Notes: generated from the letters alone by a model not told the origin. DNA of 64,000 bases from Raillietiella orientalis (GCA_036172245.1 JAYWIR010000003.1:7130001-7194000); one strand, 5' to 3'. Shown: positions 47,231-58,933, counted from the stretch's first letter. Translations and numbers: made by a program.

Positions 47231-50200
47231 CTGCAGAAGAAAGGCATGAAAATGAAAACGTTGGACTATCATACCTTCATTTCAGGATCCAAGGACTTCT
47301 CACACATCATGCCCGCAGGATGTTGCGTGTGGCAGCTACTAACATAAAGCTTAAACTTACGTTAGACAAATTTACCTTCCACATATGCGCTGTAAGCAGA
47401 AATAGCATGTTATCATACTCCTTCCTGACCGTAAAACCCCTTCACATGAAGGCACTGGGCAATTAAAGTATGCCTTGTTGCTTAACACAAAGTTCCTCAG
47501 AGCTATACCCTGCAAATCTTTTAGCATTTCCAAATTGCCAGTAAGTGAAGTGATATCCTTGATCACCCACAAATTGGTGCAATTCTGAAGAAATAAGAGT
47601 CGATGTCTGCAATCAATTAGATATACAGACACACTTCCATGCAACACTTCAGAGGGAGTATTTTGTTCTGGACTGAATACTGCAGCTGTGATAATATGCA
47701 AAGCCGGCAATACAAGTGACCACAATACTGCATACGATAGCTCTTTGAATCAGGAGTTACCGGTAACAAACACACAGGGCACTCTTCAGCTTGGAAAACA
47801 CTGAATTCGCTGGTACCATGTGCAAGTCCTTGCAGTGGCTGTGCGACCTTCTTAACAATATCCTGCACCTAAGTTCTGGATTAATAGTGCTGTCCCAAGA
47901 ATGTGCTTACATTTTCAATGGCCTTTTCATCGCCAACAAGCAGCAAACTATGTTTCCTAAAGTTAATCCCAATGCTTAAGCAGCCTGATTGTTGAACAAG
48001 AGTCTCCAAAGTGCACCCATACGTTTTCACCAAGGAGTGGAGCAAACCTCTGGGAAGACCATGCCCTACCATCGGAAAGTCTACTACTTTCCGTTCAGAG
48101 AATTCTGCCACAAGACTGAAACATACAATTGCAGATTCACTCTCACTACACTCTTTCTCAAAGCAACTGTCAGTCATCCAAAGAGGGAGGAATTTCTTTG
48201 GCAGGAAATGCTGCAAAGCAACAACAATCAACTCCAGTTCCCTGTATTCTCCGTGGTCTCGCGATAATCATACTATATCTGAGATCCTGATGAAGTATGG
48301 TTTCTTATTTTCATCAGAATACGAATTTTGTGCAATGCTGCACAGTATATAGCATGATATGGTGATATAGTATGATTTGTGCACTTCCATGATTCAACAC
48401 TTCATAGTCTGGTAAAAAAAAACTGTAGTCAAAGCAATCCAGAATACAATCGCATGCTAGCAGAAAGTGGGAATAAGATTCACGACACCCAACAGAGGAA
48501 CTATGCATGGCATAATGAAGCTTTTTAGAGCAATTAATTTGCTATGCTTTGTGTCCAGGACTATCCAAAGATAACAGGGAATATATCTTTTTCTCGCCCT
48601 TTCCTTTTGCCTATCCCTAATATCTCTGCATATCCTGAATTAAAGCTTTCTGTTAAGAAACCAAGCTGAAATGTGCAGCTCTTACCGTTCGATAGAATGG
48701 TGGGCTGCGTTCACATCATCATCTGCTCCATATAGCACAATTTTCATCATGGACTTTTTAACATCAATCACAGTATTGGTCTTTTCTTTTATTCTTTGAA
48801 GGTAGGACTGCCCACCCAAAGTCACTAACTTTTCATAACCACCTTCCCTGCAGTCTATGGCCTTGCCTCCCGTGAGTCGAAAGAGCATGCCTTGCACTGT
48901 TAGCAGCTGCTCAGTATTACCCCCACTCAGTGTAAAACGCACCCTCCCATTATTCAACACTCTGTACTCCAGAGATATGCCCTCCTTTTTGACATTCTTC
49001 TGAATGCTGACTAGGGATGAACTGATAATTTGTTGCACTTCCTTTTTCATAGTAACAATCCAATTCAGATCTATCTCCACCATAAGTGGGAAGTGTGGTG
49101 AAATTTCTGGTACGATCCTGTTGTCTAGAGCTTTGAAGACCTTCAAACTGTCCTCTTCATTGCGCAGCACCATCAGGACACGGGCGTCTTTTGCTTTGGG
49201 AGAAGTTTTCAAAGACACAATTTCAAAGTCCAACGAAGGCATAATCCTTTTTAGATGTCGCTCTAACATTTGAGGCAAATTATCCATCGATATTACCTCC
49301 CCCATAGGGAGAGACAATTTTAAATCATAGGAGAACCCTTTTTGAAACAGTAAGTTCTTGAGAGTTTTTTCAGACATCAATTGAGGAATGCTTTTGACAT
49401 ACAACGTGTTGATTCCCTTTTTTGACAAAACAACATCAATGGAACTTGCCAGCTTCAAAGGTAAGTGAGCACAAGCAAGGATATAGTCAGCATAATCATC
49501 AAAAGTAATGAACCCATACCCTTTATTTCCACGTTGTTGCACTGATACAACCAGCTTGTGTTTGGAATCCTGTTTCATTTTCATTATATGACCTGGGAGA
49601 ACTGTCACGTTTTCTAAATGAAAGTTTTCCACCACATTTTTGGCTATTGCAAATTGTGTGAAACATACAATTATTTTACGGACATCTTTCATATCCGTTT
49701 TATCCTCATAAAAGATCTTAGAATAAATCGGTGTACCGTAAGAACAAAGTGAATCAATTATCTGCTGTGCCTGTAATTCGCCCTTTACTCCAGTTATTAT
49801 CACTTCATTGTATTCCCCTATATTCAGTATGTCTTTCACAGTCACTCCTGCTCCCACAATGTAATCAGACTCAACTCGATTCATGGACTTGTCCAATAGT
49901 GGAATCCTCACACATTCACCCATAAGCTCCTGCTGTTTTTTCATAATATCAGCCTGAACAGCAGCAATCAGAACCTGAGCAGCTTCTTCTTGAAGTAGTT
50001 CATATAAAATCTGCATGACACCTTCGTCAACTGAAAGGGAAATGTAACAAATAGATGGATTCAAGGCTTCACAGAATGTCTGTCTAAGTTGATTCAGTTT
50101 ACTACCCTGATGGCCTATGAAAGATGACAACACACTGTTGCCTATAGGATGCAATGTTACAACCTTGAACTTTCTTTCCATTACTAACTTAACATCTTCT

Positions 50201-52788
50201 ACATATGAAGGAATCCAAGCCACTAGTCCTTCTGCAATTGCTTCCTTAACTACAGATGCATCAATGGGAATCACATTACACATGAAGTCTTGTGAAGTAG
50301 TCAAAATATTGTCAAACAGCAAAATAGGTGGATCAATCTTGCCTAGAAACATCAAGGAGGAACCAGGATGAATGAAAGCAATCTGTTGCAGATTTGGTGA
50401 ATAATAGCCAGGATTCAAAAGTGGAAGACGAAAACCAATAGTCCAAAAAAAGGAATGTAAGAGTAATTTCTTAAGGCGACGCAGCTTTGCTGCATCCATA
50501 CTTGTGAAATGCATGTTGATTTTCATCTTGAAGTCATATTCCAAGATAGATTTGACCTCATTCACCATTTCACGACAGTTCCTCAATATTCGTGCATTCA
50601 AGTAATTCTGGCAACACCACGCTGACTTAGTCTTTTCATCTACTTCACTCCACTGTTTATACACATTGATATAAGTAAGAAAGTCACCTTCTGGTGAACA
50701 GAATTGTATTTTCTGAGCATCTGCTTTTTTCACATCATCCTCACTGCCAACACGGAAGAATACAGTAGTTGCCACACTCATTATACATGGAAGCACTATT
50801 GCTTCCATTTGAAAATCCCCTTTAATTCCCATAAGAAGCAATTTGGCCAATCGTGGTTCCATTGGAAACTTGGACATTGCAAGACCAAGTTCACTTATTG
50901 ATCTTGGGTGTCTACTCACAGCCCCTAGCCTCACCAGATTTGCCAATGCATTCTCCATGGCAATTTTCGATGGGCAATCAAGAAAATCAAATTCAAACGG
51001 ATTGTGGATTCCCAAGCTCATGAGCTTCAATAAGGCAGACTCTAAGTGGACAGTGAGGATTTCTGGCAGAGTACTGTCTTCCATATTCTGATACTGAGCA
51101 ACAGAATACAGGCAGAAACATTTTCCTGGCTCTGTTCTTCCTGCCCTCCCTGATCTCTGATTAGCTGAGCTTTTGCTAATCAGTCTCAAAACCAGTTGAT
51201 TGACACAAATTGCAGGATTGAAAATCTTCTGCTTACACACACCAGAATCTATAACATACTTAACTCCATTAATTGTTATTGAAGTCTCTGCCACATTAGT
51301 AGCATAAATAATCTTCCTTTTCTGTGCAACATGCTCAAATACTTTTTTCTGCTCCTCCACTTGCAGTCTTCCATGTAGTTTATAGATTACCATTTCTTTG
51401 CTATCAGGATGTTTTTCAAGCAACTTTGCTGCTACTTCAGTGTCATTGGGAGTGGGCAGAAACACTAATACATCGCCTGAAGCTTCTGTTTTGTGAATTT
51501 CTAATGTCTTTTTAACAGCTTCATTTACATAATCGAAATTTTCATCTGTACATTCAGCTGTGTATGTAAAATGTATTGGATATGTGCGGCCAGGAATTTC
51601 TAAGACAGGGCAATTATCAAGATAGCATTGTAACTTATACGGATCTAAGGTGGCTGAACTAATGATTACTTTCAGATCCTTCCTGGAAATCAGTGCTTTT
51701 TTGACCATTCCAAGTAAAAGGTCTGTGTTCAAACTTCTCTCATGAGCTTCATCAATAATGATACAGCCATAGTTGTTGAAAAGAGGATCTGATGCACATT
51801 CATTTAACAAGAGGGAGTCTGTGATGAACAAAATCCTCGTTTCACTTGATTTTTTAATCTGATTGCCAACTTTATATCCAACAGTGCGACCAACTGTTGA
51901 TCCCAATTGCAAAGCAACATACTGAGCCAGCGTGATAGCTGCAATCTTTCTTGGTTGCGTGCATGCAATCATTTTGTTTATAGTATTAGAATTGTATAGA
52001 TATTGCACCAACTGGGTACTTTTACCGGAGCCAGTTTCAGCAGACAGGACACACACTCTGTGCATCTGAAGAACCTGTAGTATTTTTGATTTCTTGCAAT
52101 AAATGGGCAAATCTTGCTGAAAACTTACGCACTCCAAGGCAAAATTTTTGTAATAATGGTACAATTCTTTTTTGAAATCAGCATACTTTGGTGCATCCAG
52201 ATTTGTGACCTTCTCAACGATTTTTGCAACTGAAGAGTTAAATTCACTTTTTTGATCTTCCAGTCTTTGCATTCTATACTGCTGCATGTCAACATCTGTA
52301 AGCTGTTCGAAAGTCTCATCACTGATTTCAAGTTTTTTTAATCTATTTCTTGCTTCCTCCAGTCTGATGTTCAAATCAGCTACCCTTGCCGAATGACTAC
52401 CGAGGCAACAGTTTTTATGGTACTCTATCTTGGCCAAAATTTTTTGACGGTCAGATTCTTTGAAATCCCTTGCTTGTATGTGTTCACACACCTTCCAAGC
52501 TATTATCTCTACTTTGTCGGATTGAAAATGCCGGCACATATTCACGAAGTGGGAAGCTTGCCTGTTGCTCGGGAAGCTCAGCACTCCTTCGACGAAATCT
52601 TTACTTTCTTCCATCCTCGTTACCTCCCACTGGACTTTCCAGCCCTTGAAAATGTTCAACACGTAGTTGCCATTTATGGGGGTCGAAGTGGTGGGTCTGC
52701 ACATAAACTTGATGCCGACATCCGGTACAAAATCTCTATTCTGAAACTGACGGTGCGGCGGCACGGCTTTTTTGCGAAAGTGGCTCAT
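47045..52788 (-). CDS. DEAH-box RNA helicase / KH / RRM / RBR E3 ubiquitin ligase fusion (DEAH11/12-like), 6 exons, 1665 aa
   Basis: Exons 52788-48686, 48115-47911, 47868-47635, 47584-47376, 47335-47275, 47230-47045; GT-AG, phases 2,0,0,2,0; total 4998 nt. Helicase motifs AETGSGKST, TQPRKIAA, DEAHERS, SAT, FLP, TNVAETSITING, QRSGRAGR, then HA2 (MSKFPMEPRLAK) and OB (IHPGS). RING1 CPVC..CGHLYCRLC..KCCMENC; IBR CPVPSC..CYFCLQRICGSCHTQH...C; RING2 CSNCTSPIEKTGGCKSVHCTKCKTFLCWDC. Confidence 0.93.
47275..47335 (-). CDS. Helicase-RBR exon 5 (IBR end)
   Basis: ttagtag| (S)CHTQHPAGMMCEKSLDPEMK |gtatga; completes the IBR Zn ligands. Confidence 0.82.
47376..47584 (-). CDS. Helicase-RBR exon 4 (RING1 end, IBR start)
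   Basis: NCTNLWVIKDI...YFNCPVPSCEGVLR...ITCYFCLQRICG. Confidence 0.9.
47635..47868 (-). CDS. Helicase-RBR exon 3 (RING1)
   Basis: EECPVCLLPV...YRMQYCGHLYCRLCILSQL...LPLKCCME; an in-frame alternative acceptor lies 6 nt downstream. Confidence 0.9.
47911..48115 (-). CDS. Helicase-RBR exon 2 (KH-like linker)
   Basis: tttcag| LVAEFSERK...LPRGLLHSLVKTYGCTLETL...LLLVGDEKAIEN |gtaag. Confidence 0.88.
48686..52788 (-). CDS. Helicase-RBR exon 1 (4103 nt: N-terminal region, DEAH helicase, HA2, OB, KH/RRM-like modules)
   Basis: 1368-codon ORF ending at donor CG|gtaag; all SF2 DEAH motifs intact (DEAH codons 51753-51742). Confidence 0.96.
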
Positions 52789-53279
52789 CTTCTTGCACGG
52801 AAACTTTTTTGTCGTTGTTTTGTCCTTTTTTTTTCACCTTCCCATCTTTTCTCGCCGGAGCAATGCAGTCGGCTTGCACAGCACAACCTTCGGACCACAG
52901 TGCTGCTCTGCTGATGCTGATGCTGCCCGGCTGCCACGAGTCACATCACCGCCTGCATTGTTCGTCACTCGTTCTGCGTGACCACCCCGGCCCGAGGAAC
53001 CGGTTGAGCAAACAAATCTCTCACCCAGCGGGCAGATAAGATAAGGTCACCGTATCGTGTCACGTCGAGCATTTGCAAGGCATCGACAAAAGAGCCAAAA
53101 CAAACGCCGCGAAGGCGGCGGCATTTTTTTTTTTTTTTTCTTTCAAATCTTTGCCAGACGACCCGATGAAATATTTGATGATCGCTTCGTCGGAGTACAA
53201 AGTAACGATTTCCTCGGGACGAAAACGGCGGGTGAATTTTCTTTTCCTTCTTCCTTTTTAATGTAGAGAGCGGTGGACC

Positions 53280-54800
53280 AATGATGTCAAAGAGAAATTT
53301 ACAGACTCTTGGAGAGTGAACTTATCTTTTTAGTCCTTGGCAATTGGCATTTCGGAAACACACACTTCCGCTTATGTCTGCGAGTCGACCATAGGGGGAG
53401 AGGAGGAGGTCCCACTCTTACCCCAACAGCCCGAGTTATGAACCTGGAAAGAATAACCGGAAATGAATGCTTTCAGCTTCGAAATCGAAGCATGAAATTT
53501 TTCCGTTCTCCATGAAATTCTGAAAGAGTATTCGTAGCTGACAACGTGGCTAAAAGGTAAGAACTTCATCCAAGGAATCAATTTTAGTTCCGGGGAATAA
53601 TCAATTCATTTTTCCCCCTGTGAACAACATGGACTTGAAGAACCAACCACATCCTATTATGTTTTTTTTAAATGATGGTGAAGATGATAAGTCAAGTGCA
53701 CCTAAGGTCGTAATTGCAGCATCAAAATGAATCGGGACTGCAGCAGGAACCAAGTAAAAACGCTATGAAATCAATGAATCACTTCTTGGAGACTACAGTC
53801 CACGTTATCACGAGTAGCTGTTGTAATCTTGCCTTCTGTGGTCGGGTTCCTCATCAGCTACCCTCAAAGATGATGGCCACTCCCTTCAGAAACGGACATC
53901 CGGCTACACCGAAGCCCATCCATGCTCAAGCTGGAGCTCTTGTCGATCCACAAATTTAGCATAATGGAGTACTTGGCGGCACGGAAAACTTCACAAAGTC
54001 CACCAGAACAGCCTCTTACGAGAAGGAAACTGCTGAAATGACCAGAGTTTTCAGGAGAGATCGAGGGAGGGGTCGTTGGAGATGCAATTAGTGGCATTGA
54101 GAAGCCCACTGTCGAAAGCAAATTAGGAGGCAGTGTGAAACTTCATCGCGTCAACAGAGGGCAGATTTGCCTGAATTCGTAGTGTACATGCATCTAACGA
54201 AAAAAGGAGGGACGCCGTATTCAGTGTTCATTCAGGGAACTTTATGGCTCCAAATGCCACAAGTGAAGGTGCAGCCGTTCTCAGGGAACTTATTTCTGAG
54301 CAGGGAAGAACCAGAAGGCCATTCCTCTCCCTATAAGAAAGGCGGAGCACAAAATGAGACGGACCAAAATCGGTGTTTACCGATGTTCTGTTGCAGTACC
54401 AACATTTCTCTGAATGGAATTTAACTGAGCGGACCATTAGAAGAGAGTAGAGAAGAGGAGAAGTTTGGTGCCTGAGCGAAGGGCTGCTTATGATCTCATT
54501 TCGTTGGGCGCGAAGGAATGCTATTTCTATCGACCTACTTTCATGATTACAATATCGGCACGAAAACTGAGGGTGGCAATCAGACGGCAGCAGCCCATCC
54601 CTCGCTGATGATCCGGGAGAAGAACAAAAGGGCGAAGGGAAAAACTGAAGAAAGGGTATCAAAAAGAACGGAAGAATAGTATCCAAACTGCCCCAGGAGA
54701 GTCTCCCATGGTTTCCTGGGAGCTCTCTGAAAGGGAGGATCCAAGAACTTTTGCTCAGTACGGAATTGTTTCAGGAAAATCACCTCAGTTCACGAGGTAA
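53280..54800 (+). mobile_element. Decayed CR1-like LINE (endonuclease to RT)
   Basis: TDSW; RVDHRGRGGG (like FR.DR.GRGGGV); ITSSCCNL (like LTSVCCKL); IMEYL; EGGVVGDAI; YSVFIQGT; RNCFRK, all in CR1 order. Confidence 0.45.
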
Positions 54801-57098
54801 GTGGAGCGGGTTAAAGGAGGACTCCAATCGCCTGGACTGCATCGAAAGACTCGAGGTGTAAATGGAAACGCTTGCGGAGTAGCTTCCAGCTGGGGCCTCG
54901 AGGAGGAGACTGAACTCCCGGCAACCGCCTTTTCTGGACCCCGCATCCCCCCTTAGCAGGGAAACAGCGCAACCATGGGAATCATTGGTTGTCGTGGACG
55001 GCGTCCTCAGAAAAGCTTCGTTTTTCCCCGGGACAGCAAATTTCCCTGGATAAATGCCCTGGCAGCCTCTGCCCATTTCTTGCCTGAAGGGCTCTGCAAA
55101 TTCTGACTTCCTCCAGGCTGCTCGGGCCCTGGAGGAAGCAGGCTGCATGGAGTAAGGGAGGACACAGAACGCAGGCCCGGTTGGTTTAGAAAGAACGAGC
55201 TAATGGACGCAGAAAAGTTTGGCTCCCTCGTGGAGAGAGGACCTCTCAGAGGAGGACGATGGAGGTGACTACGACAGAGAGGGAAGGAAGATATTGAGGC
55301 TGGGATGAAACCAGCTGCATTTCTGAACTAAGGAACAGCCAACGCCCAGCACGCTTCACACAGGGAACGAGTTTTCTAATCCAATTTCATTTTTTCGAAT
55401 CGATCCTGGATCGTCATCCGCAATGGGCATTACGGTATGTCCCTTTCTTCATCACTCTTTCAATCCCTGCCTCCCCCTCTTCTTCCATCACATTTTCTTC
55501 CTCTTCCTATTCCCGCCTCCTCCTCACTCCTCTTTTCCATTCGGCTCCTTCCCTGCAGGAGCGGAAGCAACCCAAACCTCGTTCTCCTGCACGCGCAGGG
55601 GACCCGCGTAACCTCAACAGAAGTACCAAGGAGCTTCTCCCGGGACTACCGGAGTACTAGGGTGCGGGTCTGCGGCCTCCTTCGTCCCTGGAGGAGCACC
55701 CCGATCTCGAAAATGGGAAAGTGGAGGAGGGGAGCAGAAAGCTCAGCTCCCTAAGGTCCTGCCGAGCACCATCAATGCCTTCGACCGCAAGCTGCGAGCT
55801 TCTACGAATGCCGTGCTGTCGCGTCGGCGTCCGAAAAAACCACCGCTTCACTTCTGTTCTTTGAAACGAAAGGAGTCGTGAAAATGCATTTAATCCAACA
55901 ATGGTGCCTCGGTACATACATATTGTGGTCACAAAATACATACCAATAAATATATTTCGAATGGGATTAAACTAGGTAGTTTTGTAATCTTAGATACATA
56001 CCAATTCGACAGCATAAGATGAAACCGATGATCATCAATTCTCATTATTCATGATTTAATTGACCAGGATTTTCAAATTCAGTTCCGTCACTTTTGAAAC
56101 GGAGAGGAGGGGGGAATAGGAGGCGTGGGAATTGAGCCAAGGGAACGCTGTGACCGCTGAGGGTGCGTCCCTTGCTTCCGGTCTGCGGGAATTCTTAGGG
56201 CGGGAGTCTGGCCACGTTCCCACAGAATGCTCCAGCCGAAGTGGGAAGACTACTGCGAGACTGCAGGCAAAAAGAACCAAGCGAGTGGTTGGTTCACGGG
56301 GCAGCTGGCGGATGCTGCGACTTCAGATGCCCTTCCGCGCGGACTTTCACTCCGGGACGAGCTGCCCGGTCTCCTCGACGAACACCAGGGGTGGCCCCCG
56401 GTGTCCGTGGACAGCAGGTTGCCCTTCCTCTGTGGCGGCAGGAGTCTTCTTCACTCGCGCTGTCGCACCGAGAGTGTCGCCACTTCCCTGCGACGCACGC
56501 CGACACCGCTGGACGCTGGGGCGTGCGAGCGCCGGAGGGACTGCCGCAGGTGCCGGGAACGGGATAGTTCCGCCCGCACCTGCTTGTGGACTGCGTCGTC
56601 GCCCTCCGGCTTCTAGGCGAACGTTCGGGGACGGCCCTGCGGCCCCGGCTGCATCCCCGGGTGACTTTGCACAACTTCTCTTTCTTTGCGCCGGATGCCG
56701 CAGCCTCGGGACTGTGGCGGCCTGGAGCGAAGCCGGCATCCCGGAAAGGATGCAGAGGACTCGCTTCCCGACCCTCCATTGGGTTTTTCTGTTTATTTTT
56801 TTTTTTTTTTTTCCCCTTTTCTTTTTGCTTTTTCCTCCCCCCTCTCCATCTCCTCCGAGGTGGACCTCGCCGGCCTGCGCACCAGCAACCGACGAGGTTG
56901 CTCGGCAACGGTAACCAGCAACTCGGCGTTCATTGTTAAATGAAGCGTGGTAGGACCACGTGACCTAACACAACAATTGGAAGCCTACTGTTGTTTTCAA
57001 AAAATGCCCCGGCGTGACCGGGTGGCAGCAGAGTGCTCCGCCGTCGGAGAAGTCCGAGCATGTCTCCTCACCCCACTCCACTCCCTTCCGCCTTCGGA

Positions 57099-57155
57099 GG
57101 GCTGTTGGGGTAAGAGTGTCACCTCCTGTCCCCCTATGATCGACTCGGAAACAAG
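57099..57155 (-). mobile_element. Second copy of the CR1-like endonuclease segment, inverted relative to 53371-53432
   Basis: Reverse complement cgagtcgatcatagggggacaggaggtgacactcttaccccaacagccc matches cgagtcgaccatagggggagaggaggaggtcccactcttaccccaacagccc. Confidence 0.6.
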
Positions 57156-57960
57156 CTTGGATTCTCGCAGGGAAGAAACGGCACATCGGTTCCTCACGTA
57201 GGAGCGGAAGTGGAGTTGAAGGAGCAAAGGTCTGAACGAGAGCACGCATAAAGGGGAAGAAGGGTGGACGGAAAACCCTCGGCATAGGCACTTCCTGGTA
57301 GTCCACGGAGTTGTCGCCGCGGTTCAGCTCTGTTCGCCGCACCCAAGGGTTCCTCGCCCCATGGCATCCGGGGGGACACTAGGAGCATGCACGCGCATCC
57401 GATGGCGAAGGAGAGGTCGTCAGCTGCCCCTTCTTCTCTTCCCCTCCTTCGTTCACCCAGACGGTTGTTCTCTATCCCTCTTTGGCACGTCACTCATGCA
57501 GCAGCGGAGACAGCCGACGGCGTCCTCCTGCCCAAGTGGAAGGTCACCGCAGCATGGGAAATTTCGTCCCTCTCCCCGGTTCCCTTCCAGGAAGCGATCT
57601 GGCTCTCTTGTGGCCCCTCCCCGGCCCGGCTGGACACTGGACGGGGACGGATCCTCCTCCCGACCCCTGCTGGAATAGCAGCGGCGGGAGTTTCGACGGC
57701 AGCGGAAGGATCAACACCGCGTGGTGGTAACTGAGAGACTGAGCCTTCGGGGTCCTTCCGGGGATTCAAGGAATCCTTCTGAGTTCCCCTCCGGCCAGGA
57801 GCCGTCCCACGGAGCTCGCTGATAGCCTTCTCGGAAGAGGTTGCCTCTCCAGAGTGTCAGGAAGCGCGCTGCTCTCTTCGGGAAGCACCCTTCGAAGAAA
57901 TGGATCCCAATTTCTTCGAAGAGGGAGAGGAACAAGCTCCTTCCCGAATTTATAGGGTGA

Positions 57961-57985
57961 TTCCTAGGGGGTCACCCCCTAGGAA
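57961..57985. repeat. 25-bp palindrome (12-bp arms, 1-nt centre)
   Basis: ttcctagggggt-c-accccctaggaa. Confidence 0.85.
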
Positions 57986-58731
57986 CCGAAGAATCGACAC
58001 GCGCACCCTCGGCTGGAGTGGACACTATCGAAGAGTTTCGCGAGCCCCTGCGCGGACGGTCCCTTGGGAGGGCGCGGAACCTGCGGAGTTCCACCGGGAC
58101 GGCCGCCGCCACCGGGACGAAGGTGGGCCCAACGGGGAGTCCTCCTCGCCGCTGTCCTCCTAGGAGCTTCCGGAAGCCTTTTGCTGGCGCAGCGCTTGCC
58201 TCTGCGCCATCCGCTTCTTTTCACCGGCGCCTGTTAGGGAGGGGTGGGCGGGGTGGGGAGCGAGCCGCAGTGGTGACAACGTGGCGCACTGTGTGTGGCG
58301 AGGGTAGCGTCGTGGCACCTCCCCACCAACACCGCCCGTCTTCAAGAAACGGACCAACCCGAAAGGGCATGGGTGGAGGCTTCTGGGAGCGCTCCGAAGC
58401 GGGTTTCCTTCCCAAGGACGACGGCTTGCCCGGCCGACAAGAGGACCAGGTCACTGTCGTCCGAAGGAGGAGGATGCTGATCTTAGGCGGGCGACCCCAT
58501 TGCCCTCTTCTGCTTCGGATCGGCAAGCAAGTAAGGTGGTCTCCCTCCCAGGGTGCCCCCTATGACTTGAAGAGCTGACACGCATCCTTGGATGGCGCGG
58601 ACGATGCTGAAGAACTTCATGAGCTTTCTCCCTCCCTAAGGGGGACGAACGGTTCTTTGGCACTTGGTGAACTGCCCACCCCTTTTCTCCTTCAAAAGGA
58701 TGCGATTGAATATGTGGGTGAACTCGCGGCT

Positions 58732-58933
58732 TGATTTACCGCCGCTACATACATCTGACGTAATGAAACGCATGATTTAATGCATACATCGAGTCCCTGA
58801 GCCACGATCCATTGTTAATATTATTGATTTCATACTCCCGTGGCCAAGCACACAGTCCCCGGGTCATGATTTATTATTATTTTATTTATTACGTATTACC
58901 GAGAGCGCGGCTTCAACACGCGGTTTGATTTAT
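58732..58933 (+). promoter_or_regulatory. Cluster of Pbx/Exd-Hox-like composite sites, candidate enhancer
   Basis: TGATTTAC 58732, TGATTTAA 58773, TGATTTCA 58825, TGATTTAT 58867 and 58926, in an AT-rich island free of listed ORFs. Confidence 0.45.

Noticed and set aside
48116..48685. Ligase-less isoform through intron 1 retention (CGG TAA) or a cryptic acceptor at 48337
   Set aside because: A phase-2 gtaag donor always creates a TAA, the cryptic acceptor has a weak pyrimidine tract, and I found no intronic poly(A) signal. It needs RNA data.
47045..52788. Viral or recent horizontal origin of the helicase gene, suggested by low GC and the giant exon
   Set aside because: It has host-sized spliceosomal introns, a CpG gradient typical of gene-body methylation, and no TIRs or viral genes nearby.
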